In this document: positions 56,178-64,000 of the stretch, in pieces
How the letters are laid out: every line of letters begins with the position of its first letter
How positions within the stretch are numbered: the first letter of the stretch is position 1
Origin: Clostridiales bacterium
GTDB lineage: Bacteria > Bacillota > Clostridia > Saccharofermentanales > DTU023
DNA: 64,000 bases
Direction: 5' to 3'
NCBI GenBank assembly: GCA_004556455.1
Contig: SFGY01000001.1
Span: 160,181-224,180, forward strand
Translations under genes and position numbers: made by a program
Notes under the pieces: generated by a model
Seen by the model: the letters and a program-made list of their open reading frames with translations, nothing else
What the model was told of the DNA's origin: nothing
Databases searched by the model: none

Positions 56178-56654
56178 ATGTTTAGAGACATACGCAAAAA
56201 GAAAAATAAAATGAGTGCAGAACTCACAAATAAACTTCTCAAAGAAACCAGGATAGGGATTCTCGCCGTAAATGGAGATGAAGGCTATCCTTATGCCTTG
56301 CCCATAAATTTTCTTTATGATGAGGCCAGACAAAAAATATTTTTTCACGGAGCCAAGAGGGGACATAAATATGATGCTTTAAAGCGATCTGAGAAAGTTT
56401 GCTTTAGTGTATATGGTCAGGAAATGGTTAAAGAAGAAGCATGGGCGCCCTTTGTGCAGAGCGCCGTCATTTTTGGCCGCTGTCATTTAATGGAAAACAC
56501 GGAGCAAGCGCTGGAAGTTTTGAAACAATTCGCGCTGAAATATTACCCGAACGAGAAAATGGTGATGGATGAAATAGACGCGTCGAGAAATGCAGTCCAA
56601 CTCTTTGAAATAGATATCGAACAACTCAGCGGCAAAGAAGTTCAGGAAAAATAA
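56178..56654 (+). CDS. Pyridoxamine 5'-phosphate oxidase family flavoprotein (NimA-like)
   Basis: LLKETRIGILAVNGDEGYPYALPINFLYDE...IFFHGAKRGHK is the split-barrel FMN-binding pattern. GGAGGGGGG precedes ATG 56178. Confidence 0.8.
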   Translation: MFRDIRKKKNKMSAELTNKLLKETRIGILAVNGDEGYPYALPINFLYDEARQKIFFHGAKRGHKYDALKRSEKVCFSVYGQEMVKEEAWAPFVQSAVIFGRCHLMENTEQALEVLKQFALKYYPNEKMVMDEIDASRNAVQLFEIDIEQLSGKEVQEK

Positions 56655-56686
56655 GTGTACGATTTAAACATCGAATCCGTCGTGAG

Positions 56687-58849
56687 GTGAGGCTCGTGAT
56701 TTTCGCAGAATGGGAAAAACTCGGCAGAAAGAACATCTTATTCCTGACCTTTATATGCCTCCTGCTTGCCTGCTGGTTTCTGAGCGAAATCCTCTACCTC
56801 ACCCCACAGGACAAAGCTTATCGCAGCGGGATATCCCGTAACAAAGAACTTGAAGAGCGCTATTCCCGATTGAGAGAGCAGTGGGTTAATCGTGAGAAAC
56901 AAGCAGGGGCGAAGGGGAACAGTGTTCTTTTCCAGAACACTCCAATGGAGCGAAGACGTTTGCAAGACGAGCAAGCAGCCTATAAAACGCTTCTTGAAAA
57001 TGTTGCAGAAATACATCCGGATTATCGCTGGCAGGGTATCCTGGCCAGTCCTTTTCCTTTTATTCTACAAATACTCCTGGCATTTTTTCTCTGTGAACGA
57101 CTTTTTTTACGGGAACGCGGAAATGGCTTTATTTGCCTGATCAGGAGCAGTGCCTGCAGACCTGTTAAACGCTTTGTCCTGCGTGCAGTGTTTTTATTCT
57201 TTCTGTTCATTTTTCTGAGCCTCATCACTTATCTCTTTCCATTATTGATCGAGAGAGTGATGAGAGGTCCACTTAATAATATTAAGGCACAAGCTCTGCC
57301 TGCTTTGATGGATTTAGACCGGAATATGAGTAAAAACGAGCTGTTTTCTCTGCTCTTCTGGACCAGAAGCATTGCTTCGCTGGGCTTTGCGCTGAGCTTC
57401 ACCTTTGTGAATATCTTCGCTCGCAATGTTTTGCTTTCCGCCTTTCTGCTTTTCCTTTACGGAAGCGCTTCCTTTATTTTACTGCGCAGCATCTCCCTCA
57501 ATTCGCGTTATCTCATTTGGCGCTACCTTAATCCGGCCTGGATTTTTTTCTTTTTCTCTGAGCTTCCTCAGAATGTCCGCTTGTGCATGTTTGACAGAGT
57601 GATCCCTTCCGAAATTCTGGCCTTTGCTTTCTGGATCGGGATGGATATCCTGTTGCTTTGGGGAATCTTCTGTTGTTATGAAAAAGATCCGCTTCATAAG
57701 AGAAGACGATTTTTTCGGGCACTCGTTTACAGCCGGAAATCTTTTTATAAAGCGAGCGGCTGTACTCAGGCAGGAAAGAGGTGGAAAAAGCTTTTACCGC
57801 GCATGGGCGAGGGGAGAAGGATCGCATTTTCCGCCTCGATGATCTGTTTCATCATTTGTTTTATAGCTGTTTTTGCCTATCAGTCGATGAGCTACACACA
57901 TCTGGCTTCGCCGCAGGAAAAGAGTCTGGAAAGCCTCTATGCAGAATATGGAGGTCATATTATTGGAGAAAGAAAAGCCCGGCTTGAAAAAATCGACCGG
58001 GAATATGACAGCAGGCAGGATGAGATTGAAGCTCTGCGAGCAAAGCAGGAGACTGAAAAGGATATGACAAAGCGGGAAGAAATTTTTCTTGAAATAGAGA
58101 CGCTGGTCGATCAAAGTCTGCCTTCGGCAGATTTCTATCCCATCCTTGAGCGCTATCGGCAACTTAAGAATAAGGGGGGAGAATATTTAGTCTATGAAAA
58201 ACCATATCAGCTTCTACTTGGACTGGAAAACAGTTCTCTGCAAGCCCAGGATTATCTTCTTTATACAGCCGCTCTGGTACTGATTCTGCTGATCGCCTTT
58301 TCCCCTGATTTTGAAAGTTCCCACTTGGAATTGTATCGCTGCCTGAGTGGAGGCCGAGAAAAATTTATCCGCTCAAAACTTCACATCCTTGCCGCTATCA
58401 TTGTCTTTCTTAATGCGGTTATTTTTCTTTCTCGCCTTTACAAATTGAGGCGTGTATTCCCGATGCAGACCCTTGCGCCCCATTTGATCAACATATCTGA
58501 TCATCTTACCCTGCCCATCAGCACAGGCTGCGCATTGATATTGCAGGCTCTTTTTTCCTGTCTGCTGGGCTATACTTTTTCACTGTTCATCCTGCTTACG
58601 TTCTTCCAGAGAAATCGGCTGATGAGCCTTGCGTTTGGCTTTATCCTGATGCTTTCGCCATTCTTGCTCTATCGTCTGGGGGCAACGCACATATCCCTGT
58701 TTTCGCTGCTCTGCGGGAGCGCCATGGAAGAGCCGAAGAGGGCCGGTATCATGCTTGCACTTCTCCTTCTGATAATGATTCTTCTGCGCTGCTGGCTTAT
58801 TATTTCCTGGAGGGAGGGCGGAGTGAAGCTCCTAAACAAAAATGTCTGA
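56687..58849 (+). CDS. Fused double ABC-2 type permease (720 aa; two tandem TM1 / coiled soluble domain / multi-TM modules)
   Basis: Module 1 begins MRLVIFAEWEKLGRKNILFLTFICLLL, then an Arg/Glu-rich segment, then ..RERGNGFICLIRSSACRPVKRF.. and TM helices. Module 2 starts near nt 57,800 with RIAFSASMICFIICFIAVF, then a coiled segment, then ..FESSHLELYRCLSGGREKFIRSK.. and TM helices. Confidence 0.7.
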   Translation: MRLVIFAEWEKLGRKNILFLTFICLLLACWFLSEILYLTPQDKAYRSGISRNKELEERYSRLREQWVNREKQAGAKGNSVLFQNTPMERRRLQDEQAAYKTLLENVAEIHPDYRWQGILASPFPFILQILLAFFLCERLFLRERGNGFICLIRSSACRPVKRFVLRAVFLFFLFIFLSLITYLFPLLIERVMRGPLNNIKAQALPALMDLDRNMSKNELFSLLFWTRSIASLGFALSFTFVNIFARNVLLSAFLLFLYGSASFILLRSISLNSRYLIWRYLNPAWIFFFFSELPQNVRLCMFDRVIPSEILAFAFWIGMDILLLWGIFCCYEKDPLHKRRRFFRALVYSRKSFYKASGCTQAGKRWKKLLPRMGEGRRIAFSASMICFIICFIAVFAYQSMSYTHLASPQEKSLESLYAEYGGHIIGERKARLEKIDREYDSRQDEIEALRAKQETEKDMTKREEIFLEIETLVDQSLPSADFYPILERYRQLKNKGGEYLVYEKPYQLLLGLENSSLQAQDYLLYTAALVLILLIAFSPDFESSHLELYRCLSGGREKFIRSKLHILAAIIVFLNAVIFLSRLYKLRRVFPMQTLAPHLINISDHLTLPISTGCALILQALFSCLLGYTFSLFILLTFFQRNRLMSLAFGFILMLSPFLLYRLGATHISLFSLLCGSAMEEPKRAGIMLALLLLIMILLRCWLIISWREGGVKLLNKNV

Positions 58850-59711
58850 ACTTAAAATCGTTCAATTAACGCAATGCTACGGTGCAGTCAGAGCATTAAA
58901 CGCCATTCAGCTGACACTCCATCCCGGCATCACCGGTATGATGGGCAACAACGGAGCGGGAAAATCCACGCTGCTTCGTGTGCTGGCAAGCCTGCTCAGG
59001 CCCACTTCCGGTAAGGTTTATCTTAACGGTGAGGATATCTTCAAAATGGGAAAAAAGTACCGCCGCCTTCTCGGCTATATGCCCCAGCAACAGCAGGCCT
59101 ATCGAGGCTTGAGTGTTTATCAGTTTTTGGAGTACATCTCAGTCCTGAAGGAACTGTCGCGCTCAAAAGCCTTAGCCCGTATTGAAGAATTGCTGCAGCA
59201 ATTTCATCTTGAGGAGCAGCAGCACAAATTCTGTGAAGACCTTTCCGGAGGTATGCGCCAGCGCCTCCTGCTCGCAGCAGCCCTGCTCAACGACCCGCTG
59301 ATCCTGATTCTTGATGAGCCGACAGCTGGTCTTGATCCTATTGAACGAGCCAGTCTCCGGGAAGCTCTGGTTCAATTGGCTCCCGATAAAATCAGCATTC
59401 TGGCAACCCATATCGTCTCAGATATTGAATTTATTGCTCAAAGACTTGTTTTCATGGAAAAAGGTGATATTAAAGCAGAAGGAGAACAGGGCAAGCTGCT
59501 CTCATCCTGCCCCTGCTTTATCTCCTCAAGGAGTGAAGCTGAACTTCGCAGGCTGGACCCTCAGTTAAAGCTGGTGAACATCTCCTACCAGAATGGTCAG
59601 AGACTCTGCCGCTTTATTTCACACTCACAGCGCCTGCTGCCAGATCAGGATATTCATAGAGTTCCAGCTGGACTGGATGATCTTTACCTTGATCTTCTCT
59701 CCGCTAAATAA
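58842..59711 (+). CDS. ABC transporter ATP-binding protein (canonical Q-loop)
   Basis: Walker A GNNGAGKST, Q-loop GYMPQQQ, signature LSGGMRQRL, Walker B ILILDEPTAGLD. It has an 8-nt overlap (ATGTCTGA) with the permease gene. Confidence 0.92.
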   Translation: MSELKIVQLTQCYGAVRALNAIQLTLHPGITGMMGNNGAGKSTLLRVLASLLRPTSGKVYLNGEDIFKMGKKYRRLLGYMPQQQQAYRGLSVYQFLEYISVLKELSRSKALARIEELLQQFHLEEQQHKFCEDLSGGMRQRLLLAAALLNDPLILILDEPTAGLDPIERASLREALVQLAPDKISILATHIVSDIEFIAQRLVFMEKGDIKAEGEQGKLLSSCPCFISSRSEAELRRLDPQLKLVNISYQNGQRLCRFISHSQRLLPDQDIHRVPAGLDDLYLDLLSAK

Positions 59712-59770
59712 AAATATGTTTTATCAGAGCAATGATAAAAAAAAGAAAATTGGAATACTTTTTGATATGA

Positions 59771-59799
59771 TTGACTTATTATTATTTATGATATATTAT
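59771..59799 (+). promoter_or_regulatory. Candidate sigma-A promoter TTGACT-17 nt-TATTAT with a ~200-nt leader
   Basis: TTGACT at 59771-59776, a 17-nt spacer, and TATTAT at 59794-59799. The leader contains a 7-bp hairpin GCATCTG-TAAGA-CAGATGC (59843-59861). It also has two SD-like GAGGAGG motifs (59811-59834) with no usable start codon. Confidence 0.45.
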
Positions 59800-60006
59800 A
59801 AATCTTAATAGAAGAGGAGGTGATTGCGAGGAGGTTAAAGACGCATCTGTAAGACAGATGCAGAAGTTAATTGGTCTTAGAGGAATGATTTTCTCACGTA
59901 TTCCAGAAGCCTGTGAAAAACAAGTTTGTTGTCAAAATTATTATTTGAAGAAACGGACACTGCTTTGAAAGCCTGTTATTTCAGACAGGAGGAAGTGAGG
60001 ATTATT

Positions 60007-60372
60007 ATGAAAAGACTTATCATTGTTATTTCTAGCCTATTAGTGTTTTTCCTTTTGACCGTTACGGTTTGCGCGGCTTATCAAAATTTTTATGTTGCCG
60101 GTGGCAATTGCATCGCCCAATTAACCAAATACCCTGGTAAGGCCATGGCTTCGACTATCGGGGCTACTCCTGATTACTATTGTTATGCAGAAGTGAAGCT
60201 GTATTATGTATGCAATGGGAAATATAACGATTTAACGGAATCCCGAGGAGACTATCGTGAAGTTTTCGTCACAGCTGTTGCACCCTGCTCATCTGGAGCT
60301 CGTCAGGCGCATTCTACTCACCGCTGCTACGCACCAAATGGACAGAACAATGGCGTGAATCTGAGTGAATAA
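60007..60372 (+). CDS. Small secreted Cys-containing protein, paralogue 1 (121 aa precursor), unknown family
   Basis: Signal peptide MKRLIIVISSLLVFFLLTVTVCAA/YQNFY. Roughly half of aligned residues are identical to the ORF at 61843 (AAYQNFY.AGG..IAQL.KY, TPD.YCYAEV, SRG.YREVF.TAVAP, HRC). GTGAGG lies 6 nt before ATG 60007. Confidence 0.65.
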   Translation: MKRLIIVISSLLVFFLLTVTVCAAYQNFYVAGGNCIAQLTKYPGKAMASTIGATPDYYCYAEVKLYYVCNGKYNDLTESRGDYREVFVTAVAPCSSGARQAHSTHRCYAPNGQNNGVNLSE

Positions 60373-60420
60373 TCTGACCTCGAGACAAGAAAGGGAAGAG
60401 CGAGGGGAGGGCGCTTAGAT

Positions 60421-61737
60421 ATGAAAAGCCGAAGACCATGTCGACTGTTTTTTTCTTTTTTTTGTATAGTCCTTCTTGTTTTAATCCTCTTGAGCGCCTG
60501 TTCCCAGGATGACATAAAGAAAGCTGAACTCCCTGAGATTTCCAAATCTCAGGGAGAAGATGAGCTTGAGCCATCAGCTCCCTCACTTATTCCGGGAACC
60601 GATTTGGAGGTAAGTGGAGCGTATTCGCTCTGCGGGAGTTTGGGAAAACATGCCGCTGGAAGCGCTGCCGGGTTGTATTTTATTCTCCGTGGAAAGTTGT
60701 TTTTCTGGGATTATTCCCAAAAACTATCTCTTGAGCTTGCGAACCTCGATACACGAAATGGCCAATATTATTTTCTCTGGGATCATGCAAATAGGTCAAG
60801 CAAGCCAGGGGAGTCTGTTCTGTGGAAAAGATACCTTCCTTCCAGTTCTCTTGTGCTTTATAACGATCGCTTATACTACGCTCAGGAAACCAGCAGCAGC
60901 AGCGGTGAAACATCTTATCAGCTTGTGAGCCTGAATCTGCAGGGTCAGGATGCAAAAAACGAATTTGAGCTTCCCGAAGAAATCGCGACGTTTTTCCTGA
61001 TGGATGGGGGTAAGACACTTCTTTATCAAGTGCGGCCCCAGCAGCATGATCAGAAAAATGCAGCTGATGTGTCCCGTCTTTATTATTGGTCGCGCGATGA
61101 GAAAGCTCCGTCTTTACTGTCGGAAACTTTATTTCCATATAGTTTTTACTGTAATGAGGCAAAATGTTTCTTTTCAGCACTCAGCAAAGATGAAGATTTG
61201 TCGACCTTTTTTCAGCCGTATATGCTCTATACCTGGGATGTTCATAGCAAAGAGATAAAAAAAGAAAAGATCAAGATAGGCAGTAGTGATTTTTGGCCCC
61301 AAGGTGATCACCTGGTCAGCAGCGATGCAAGAAAAGGTCTTGAAGGACAGCCTGAAATTGAATATTGCTACGATGATTTACGGCGTATCACGATCTGTGC
61401 GCCAGATGTTGATCAAAGGAAAGGGGGGGCTTGGTTCTATGGTGCTTCGGAGAATTTTACCTATGTCTCAGAGATAAAAGATTTCAGCATTGATGCCAGT
61501 GAACAGACGCATAAATATACTATCCTTGACTCCAGTGGGAAAGACGTCAGGCACTTTTCCTTTACACTCCCTGATCCGAATAGTTATGGTGAAGGCTGTG
61601 TGGGATCGTACATTTTTTTCACCCGACATTTTGCTCAAGAACAGAATACGAATTTTTATCTCCTTGACGTCACAGCGGAGAAAATTGAAGCGATCCCACT
61701 GCTTCCCGAAGATTACTTTGAATCTGTCGAAAGGTGA
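60421..61737 (+). CDS. Lipoprotein of unknown function (438 aa), probably beta-rich
   Basis: Lipobox LLSAC (..FCIVLLVLILLSACSQDD). Recurrent aromatic/Gly-rich segments (LYF.., LYYAQE.., LLYQV.., LYYWS.., IFFTR.., FYLLD) suggest repeated beta-blades. I recognise no motif with confidence. Confidence 0.7.
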   Translation: MKSRRPCRLFFSFFCIVLLVLILLSACSQDDIKKAELPEISKSQGEDELEPSAPSLIPGTDLEVSGAYSLCGSLGKHAAGSAAGLYFILRGKLFFWDYSQKLSLELANLDTRNGQYYFLWDHANRSSKPGESVLWKRYLPSSSLVLYNDRLYYAQETSSSSGETSYQLVSLNLQGQDAKNEFELPEEIATFFLMDGGKTLLYQVRPQQHDQKNAADVSRLYYWSRDEKAPSLLSETLFPYSFYCNEAKCFFSALSKDEDLSTFFQPYMLYTWDVHSKEIKKEKIKIGSSDFWPQGDHLVSSDARKGLEGQPEIEYCYDDLRRITICAPDVDQRKGGAWFYGASENFTYVSEIKDFSIDASEQTHKYTILDSSGKDVRHFSFTLPDPNSYGEGCVGSYIFFTRHFAQEQNTNFYLLDVTAEKIEAIPLLPEDYFESVER

Positions 61738-61842
61738 TCTTTAAGCAGATTTTTATGACATTAAGCGCCAGGCTGTATTTATCGTAAATGCAAAGATAAA
61801 TTCAGATGAGAAGACATAAAATAGCGTGAAAAGAGGCTGACT

Positions 61843-62235
61843 ATGAAAAAACGAATATTAATATTTTCTTTGCTTTTAGTCTTAATGCTCATGACCGTCA
61901 CGGTTAACGCAGCATATCAGAATTTTTATATTGCAGGGGGAACGGGAATTGCCCAGTTAAGCAAGTATAAAAACAAAGTTTCAGCCTCAACAGTAGGCCC
62001 AACGCCGGATTTCTACTGCTATGCGGAAGTGACCTTAAGCTATTTTTGCCCTGATGGCAATTCTGGAGCCGGTGAGCTTAAAGAAATCACCGTATCTCGA
62101 GGCGCTTACCGGGAGGTATTCATTACCGCTGTTGCGCCTCCAGGAACAATTGTTGTTAAAGCAGATTCAAAACACCGCTGCGACTATAAAAAAACCGGCC
62201 AAAGCAACCATATCGAGCTGCACGAGCCATATTGA
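61843..62235 (+). CDS. Small secreted Cys-containing protein, paralogue 2 (130 aa precursor), unknown family
   Basis: Signal peptide MKKRILIFSLLLVLMLMTVTVNAA/YQNFY. It is a paralogue of the ORF at 60007. AAGAGG lies 6 nt before the ATG. Confidence 0.65.
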   Translation: MKKRILIFSLLLVLMLMTVTVNAAYQNFYIAGGTGIAQLSKYKNKVSASTVGPTPDFYCYAEVTLSYFCPDGNSGAGELKEITVSRGAYREVFITAVAPPGTIVVKADSKHRCDYKKTGQSNHIELHEPY

Positions 62236-62405
62236 AGGCAGTCAAAAATTGCAGCAGACAGCGCAAAAGTTCAATATTAGTTAAATGTTATTAAAAAAGG
62301 CGATGTTGACATGATGGTCAAGTATGGCTTTGACATCAACAGGGAAGGCCACAGGAAACGCTTCCACAATAAAGTTTCATGATTTCATTTAGTTCGGTTA
62401 GGATA

Positions 62406-62441
62406 TCCAACTTCGCAAAATAATAATTTTGCGAAGTTGGA
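62406..62441. other. Perfect 14-15 bp hairpin (CCAACTTCGCAAAA / TTTTGCGAAGTTGG) between convergent genes; possible bidirectional terminator
   Basis: The arms lie at 62407-62420 and 62427-62440 with a short AT loop. There is no flanking U-tract outside the stem on either strand. Confidence 0.5.
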
Positions 62442-62661
62442 AAGAGGGGAAAACAGAAATTGACCTTTCGATAAAGTTTATGTCGAGAATTAAAGTTTAA
62501 GTTCAAAATTTGCCTGCTCATGTTTTAGTAAGCTTTAGTCTGAAATTTGACAAACAAATACTTATAGTCCGAAACATTAAAACTTAATTCCAAAACATTT
62601 TTCAGGCGAAATAAAACATCTCTTTAGTTTTTGCTGTTCTTATTCCAGTTGTTTCAGCTCA

Positions 62662-63426
62662 TTATCTGTTATCTGAACTCTGGCTTTCACCGGCATTTTG
62701 ATAAACGTCGCTTCCTGTGATGCGTTGGATTTCACCCATGTCGCCAAGGTTAATGAACTTGGCAAGCAAGAGCGCAAAAAGCATAATCAGAATCAGAGTG
62801 ACGATAATTTTGCGCAGTATAATCTGACGTTGTTCTTCTTTGAATTTTTTCGTAATTTTACTGATCGTTGTATAGGCGCTTAATTTATAAATTTTGGCCC
62901 CGTATTGTTTTTCACTTTCCCAGGGCTTTTTTTCACTGCGTCTGTTTTTGCCGAGTTCTTTTCTTTTGATCACTGTATGGGCTATGCTTTCACGCTTCAG
63001 GCTTCGATCTGATTTCTTTTTAATGACTGTACGTTCGAGCAAAGGATTTCCTTTCGATCCTGAGCCCTTTAGCGGAATGCGAATTTGTGTTTCACCCATC
63101 GTTGCGCCTGTGGCAACGCGCGAATTCTTCATGGATGGTCTGGCAGGAGGCTGAGCGGCTTTTCTGCTCTCGGGAAAATCAAGTGCAGGTTTTATTTTAT
63201 TCTGCTCTAATGCTGAGGGCTTTTTAGACAATGGCTGATGCAAGGGATCATGAGCAGCGTTTGAGAAATTACGGGACATCCTTTCTGGAGCCGCTGTAAG
63301 CTGATCACGCGAGGTCGCGTGGGAATTAATGGGCGGCCTCATCTTGGTCGCAGTCTCAGGCCGGTCCTGAGCGTTGCTCGCATGGCCTGAGGGACGGCCC
63401 GCTTTTTGATCCTGAAATTCATTCAT
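62662..63426 (-). CDS. Hypothetical membrane-anchored protein (low-complexity Pro/Ser/Lys/Arg-rich N-terminus, one C-terminal TM)
   Basis: AGGTGA lies 7 nt before ATG 63426 (MNEFQDQKAGRP...). The TM is IIVTLILIMLFALLLAKFI, followed by a ~30-aa tail. I recognise no family. Confidence 0.55.
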   Translation of the reverse strand: MNEFQDQKAGRPSGHASNAQDRPETATKMRPPINSHATSRDQLTAAPERMSRNFSNAAHDPLHQPLSKKPSALEQNKIKPALDFPESRKAAQPPARPSMKNSRVATGATMGETQIRIPLKGSGSKGNPLLERTVIKKKSDRSLKRESIAHTVIKRKELGKNRRSEKKPWESEKQYGAKIYKLSAYTTISKITKKFKEEQRQIILRKIIVTLILIMLFALLLAKFINLGDMGEIQRITGSDVYQNAGESQSSDNR

Positions 63427-63709
63427 CGAAAATTCACCTGTAAAGCCTTGCAGCAAAACCGAAAGGCTGTCAACATTTTTTCTTATTATAACTTGTTTTC
63501 AGCCAGTTTATGAAGCAAGCGCCTGTACACAATATCTATTTAGTCTATGTAGTTCATATCATAAAATCAGGCTTGTACTGTCACAGGACAAGATCATGCA
63601 TAAAGCCCATCGCAGGTTCTAATAGCACGCAAAATCCAATCGCACTCTTCAATAAGCGTTATAATAGGAGCAACAGAATTGAAATGATAACGTAAACGTT
63701 TACAGAATC

Positions 63710-64000
63710 TTATATTCTTCTATATGAACGCTTGAGTGAGCTTTCATAATGCCTGTCCTTATCGGCATCAGGCTGAAAGGGTTCATTAAAAATAAAATTG
63801 ACTTTGCTCAGGGGCTCAATACTGTGAAGGCTGCTTTTGTAGAAGAGCATCTGTTTCTGTTCTTTTTCCAGAATAATGGTCTGACGGTCATAGCCGATAA
63901 TTTTCCCTTCACATTGACCGTCCTTCCCTTTCAGCCTTACATTAAGCCTGTTTCGGCGGCAGTGATTAAGAAAAACCTCCTGAATTTTTCCGCTGTCAGC
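63710..64000 (-). CDS. hfq: RNA chaperone Hfq (5' end just outside the window)
   Basis: It is absent from the ORF track because the start lies beyond nt 64000. The minus-strand frame reads ..GKIQEVFLNHCRRNRLNVRLKGKDGQCEGKIIGYDRQTIILEKEQKQMLFYKSSLHSIEP.., ending at TAA (63712-63710). This matches the Hfq Sm1/Sm2 pattern (..Q..FLN..R.....V...L.NG..L.G.I.GFD..T..L......Q.L.YK.A...I.P). Confidence 0.85.
   Translation of the reverse strand, partial: ADSGKIQEVFLNHCRRNRLNVRLKGKDGQCEGKIIGYDRQTIILEKEQKQMLFYKSSLHSIEPLSKVNFIFNEPFQPDADKDRHYESSLKRSYRRI

Noticed and set aside
59811-59861. A leader peptide encoded after the tandem GAGGAGG motifs upstream of the first small secreted-protein gene.
   Set aside because: No ATG/GTG/TTG lies at a workable distance downstream of either SD-like motif. 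The only frames are 5-9 codons starting inside the SD itself.
1-64000. CRISPR arrays, tRNA or rRNA genes, IS elements, prophage genes and known defence systems (RM, TA, CBASS, retron, etc.).
   Set aside because: I saw no regularly spaced repeats, cloverleaf-compatible sequences, rRNA-like stretches, transposase or reverse-transcriptase motifs, or nuclease/methylase pairs. This was a by-eye scan only. tRNAscan-SE, Infernal and defence-system HMM tools would be needed for a definitive negative.

Overview
The window reads as a chromosomal segment from a Firmicutes/Clostridia-type bacterium. Evidence is AGGAGG-type ribosome-binding sites and gene order like Bacillus subtilis. I support about 60 protein-coding genes. 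I found no rRNA, tRNA, CRISPR array, transposase or prophage genes.

The conserved backbone, almost all on the + strand, runs: rnhA (3' end), nudF, ftsK, folD, pncC, recA, recX, rimO, pgsA, acpP, rnc, smc, ftsY, ylxM, ffh, rpsP, khpA, rimM, trmD, rplS. It resumes with rbgA, an rnhB-yraN fusion, a HAD-GH13 fusion, an amidohydrolase, a GntR regulator, cysteine desulfurase plus thiI, glyA, rarA, nifS-nifU and an M18 aminopeptidase. It resumes again with a Xer-like recombinase, asd, a LacI regulator, a ThrE exporter pair and a PNPOx-family protein. It ends with a truncated hfq on the - strand.

Three visibly more AT-rich accessory loci interrupt the backbone:
- Locus A (about 19.5-26.4 kb) is a six-gene island with two ABC transporters, inserted exactly between rplS and rbgA.
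- Locus B (about 42.7-51.1 kb) has an ECF sigma/anti-sigma pair facing a six-gene operon: two small secreted proteins, a lipoprotein, two permeases and a LanF-like 'E-loop' ATPase. It is followed by a frameshifted orphan OppA-like gene and a tyrosine recombinase.
- Locus C (about 56.7-62.4 kb) has a fused double ABC-2 permease plus ATPase, followed by two paralogous small Cys-containing secreted proteins flanking a lipoprotein.

Loci B and C are my best candidates for an undescribed system: a sigma-controlled, immunity-like ABC module with unknown secreted cargo. All functions come from reading motifs in the translated ORFs. No database search, fold prediction or GC calculation was run. Start codons were refined by eye from SD spacing.
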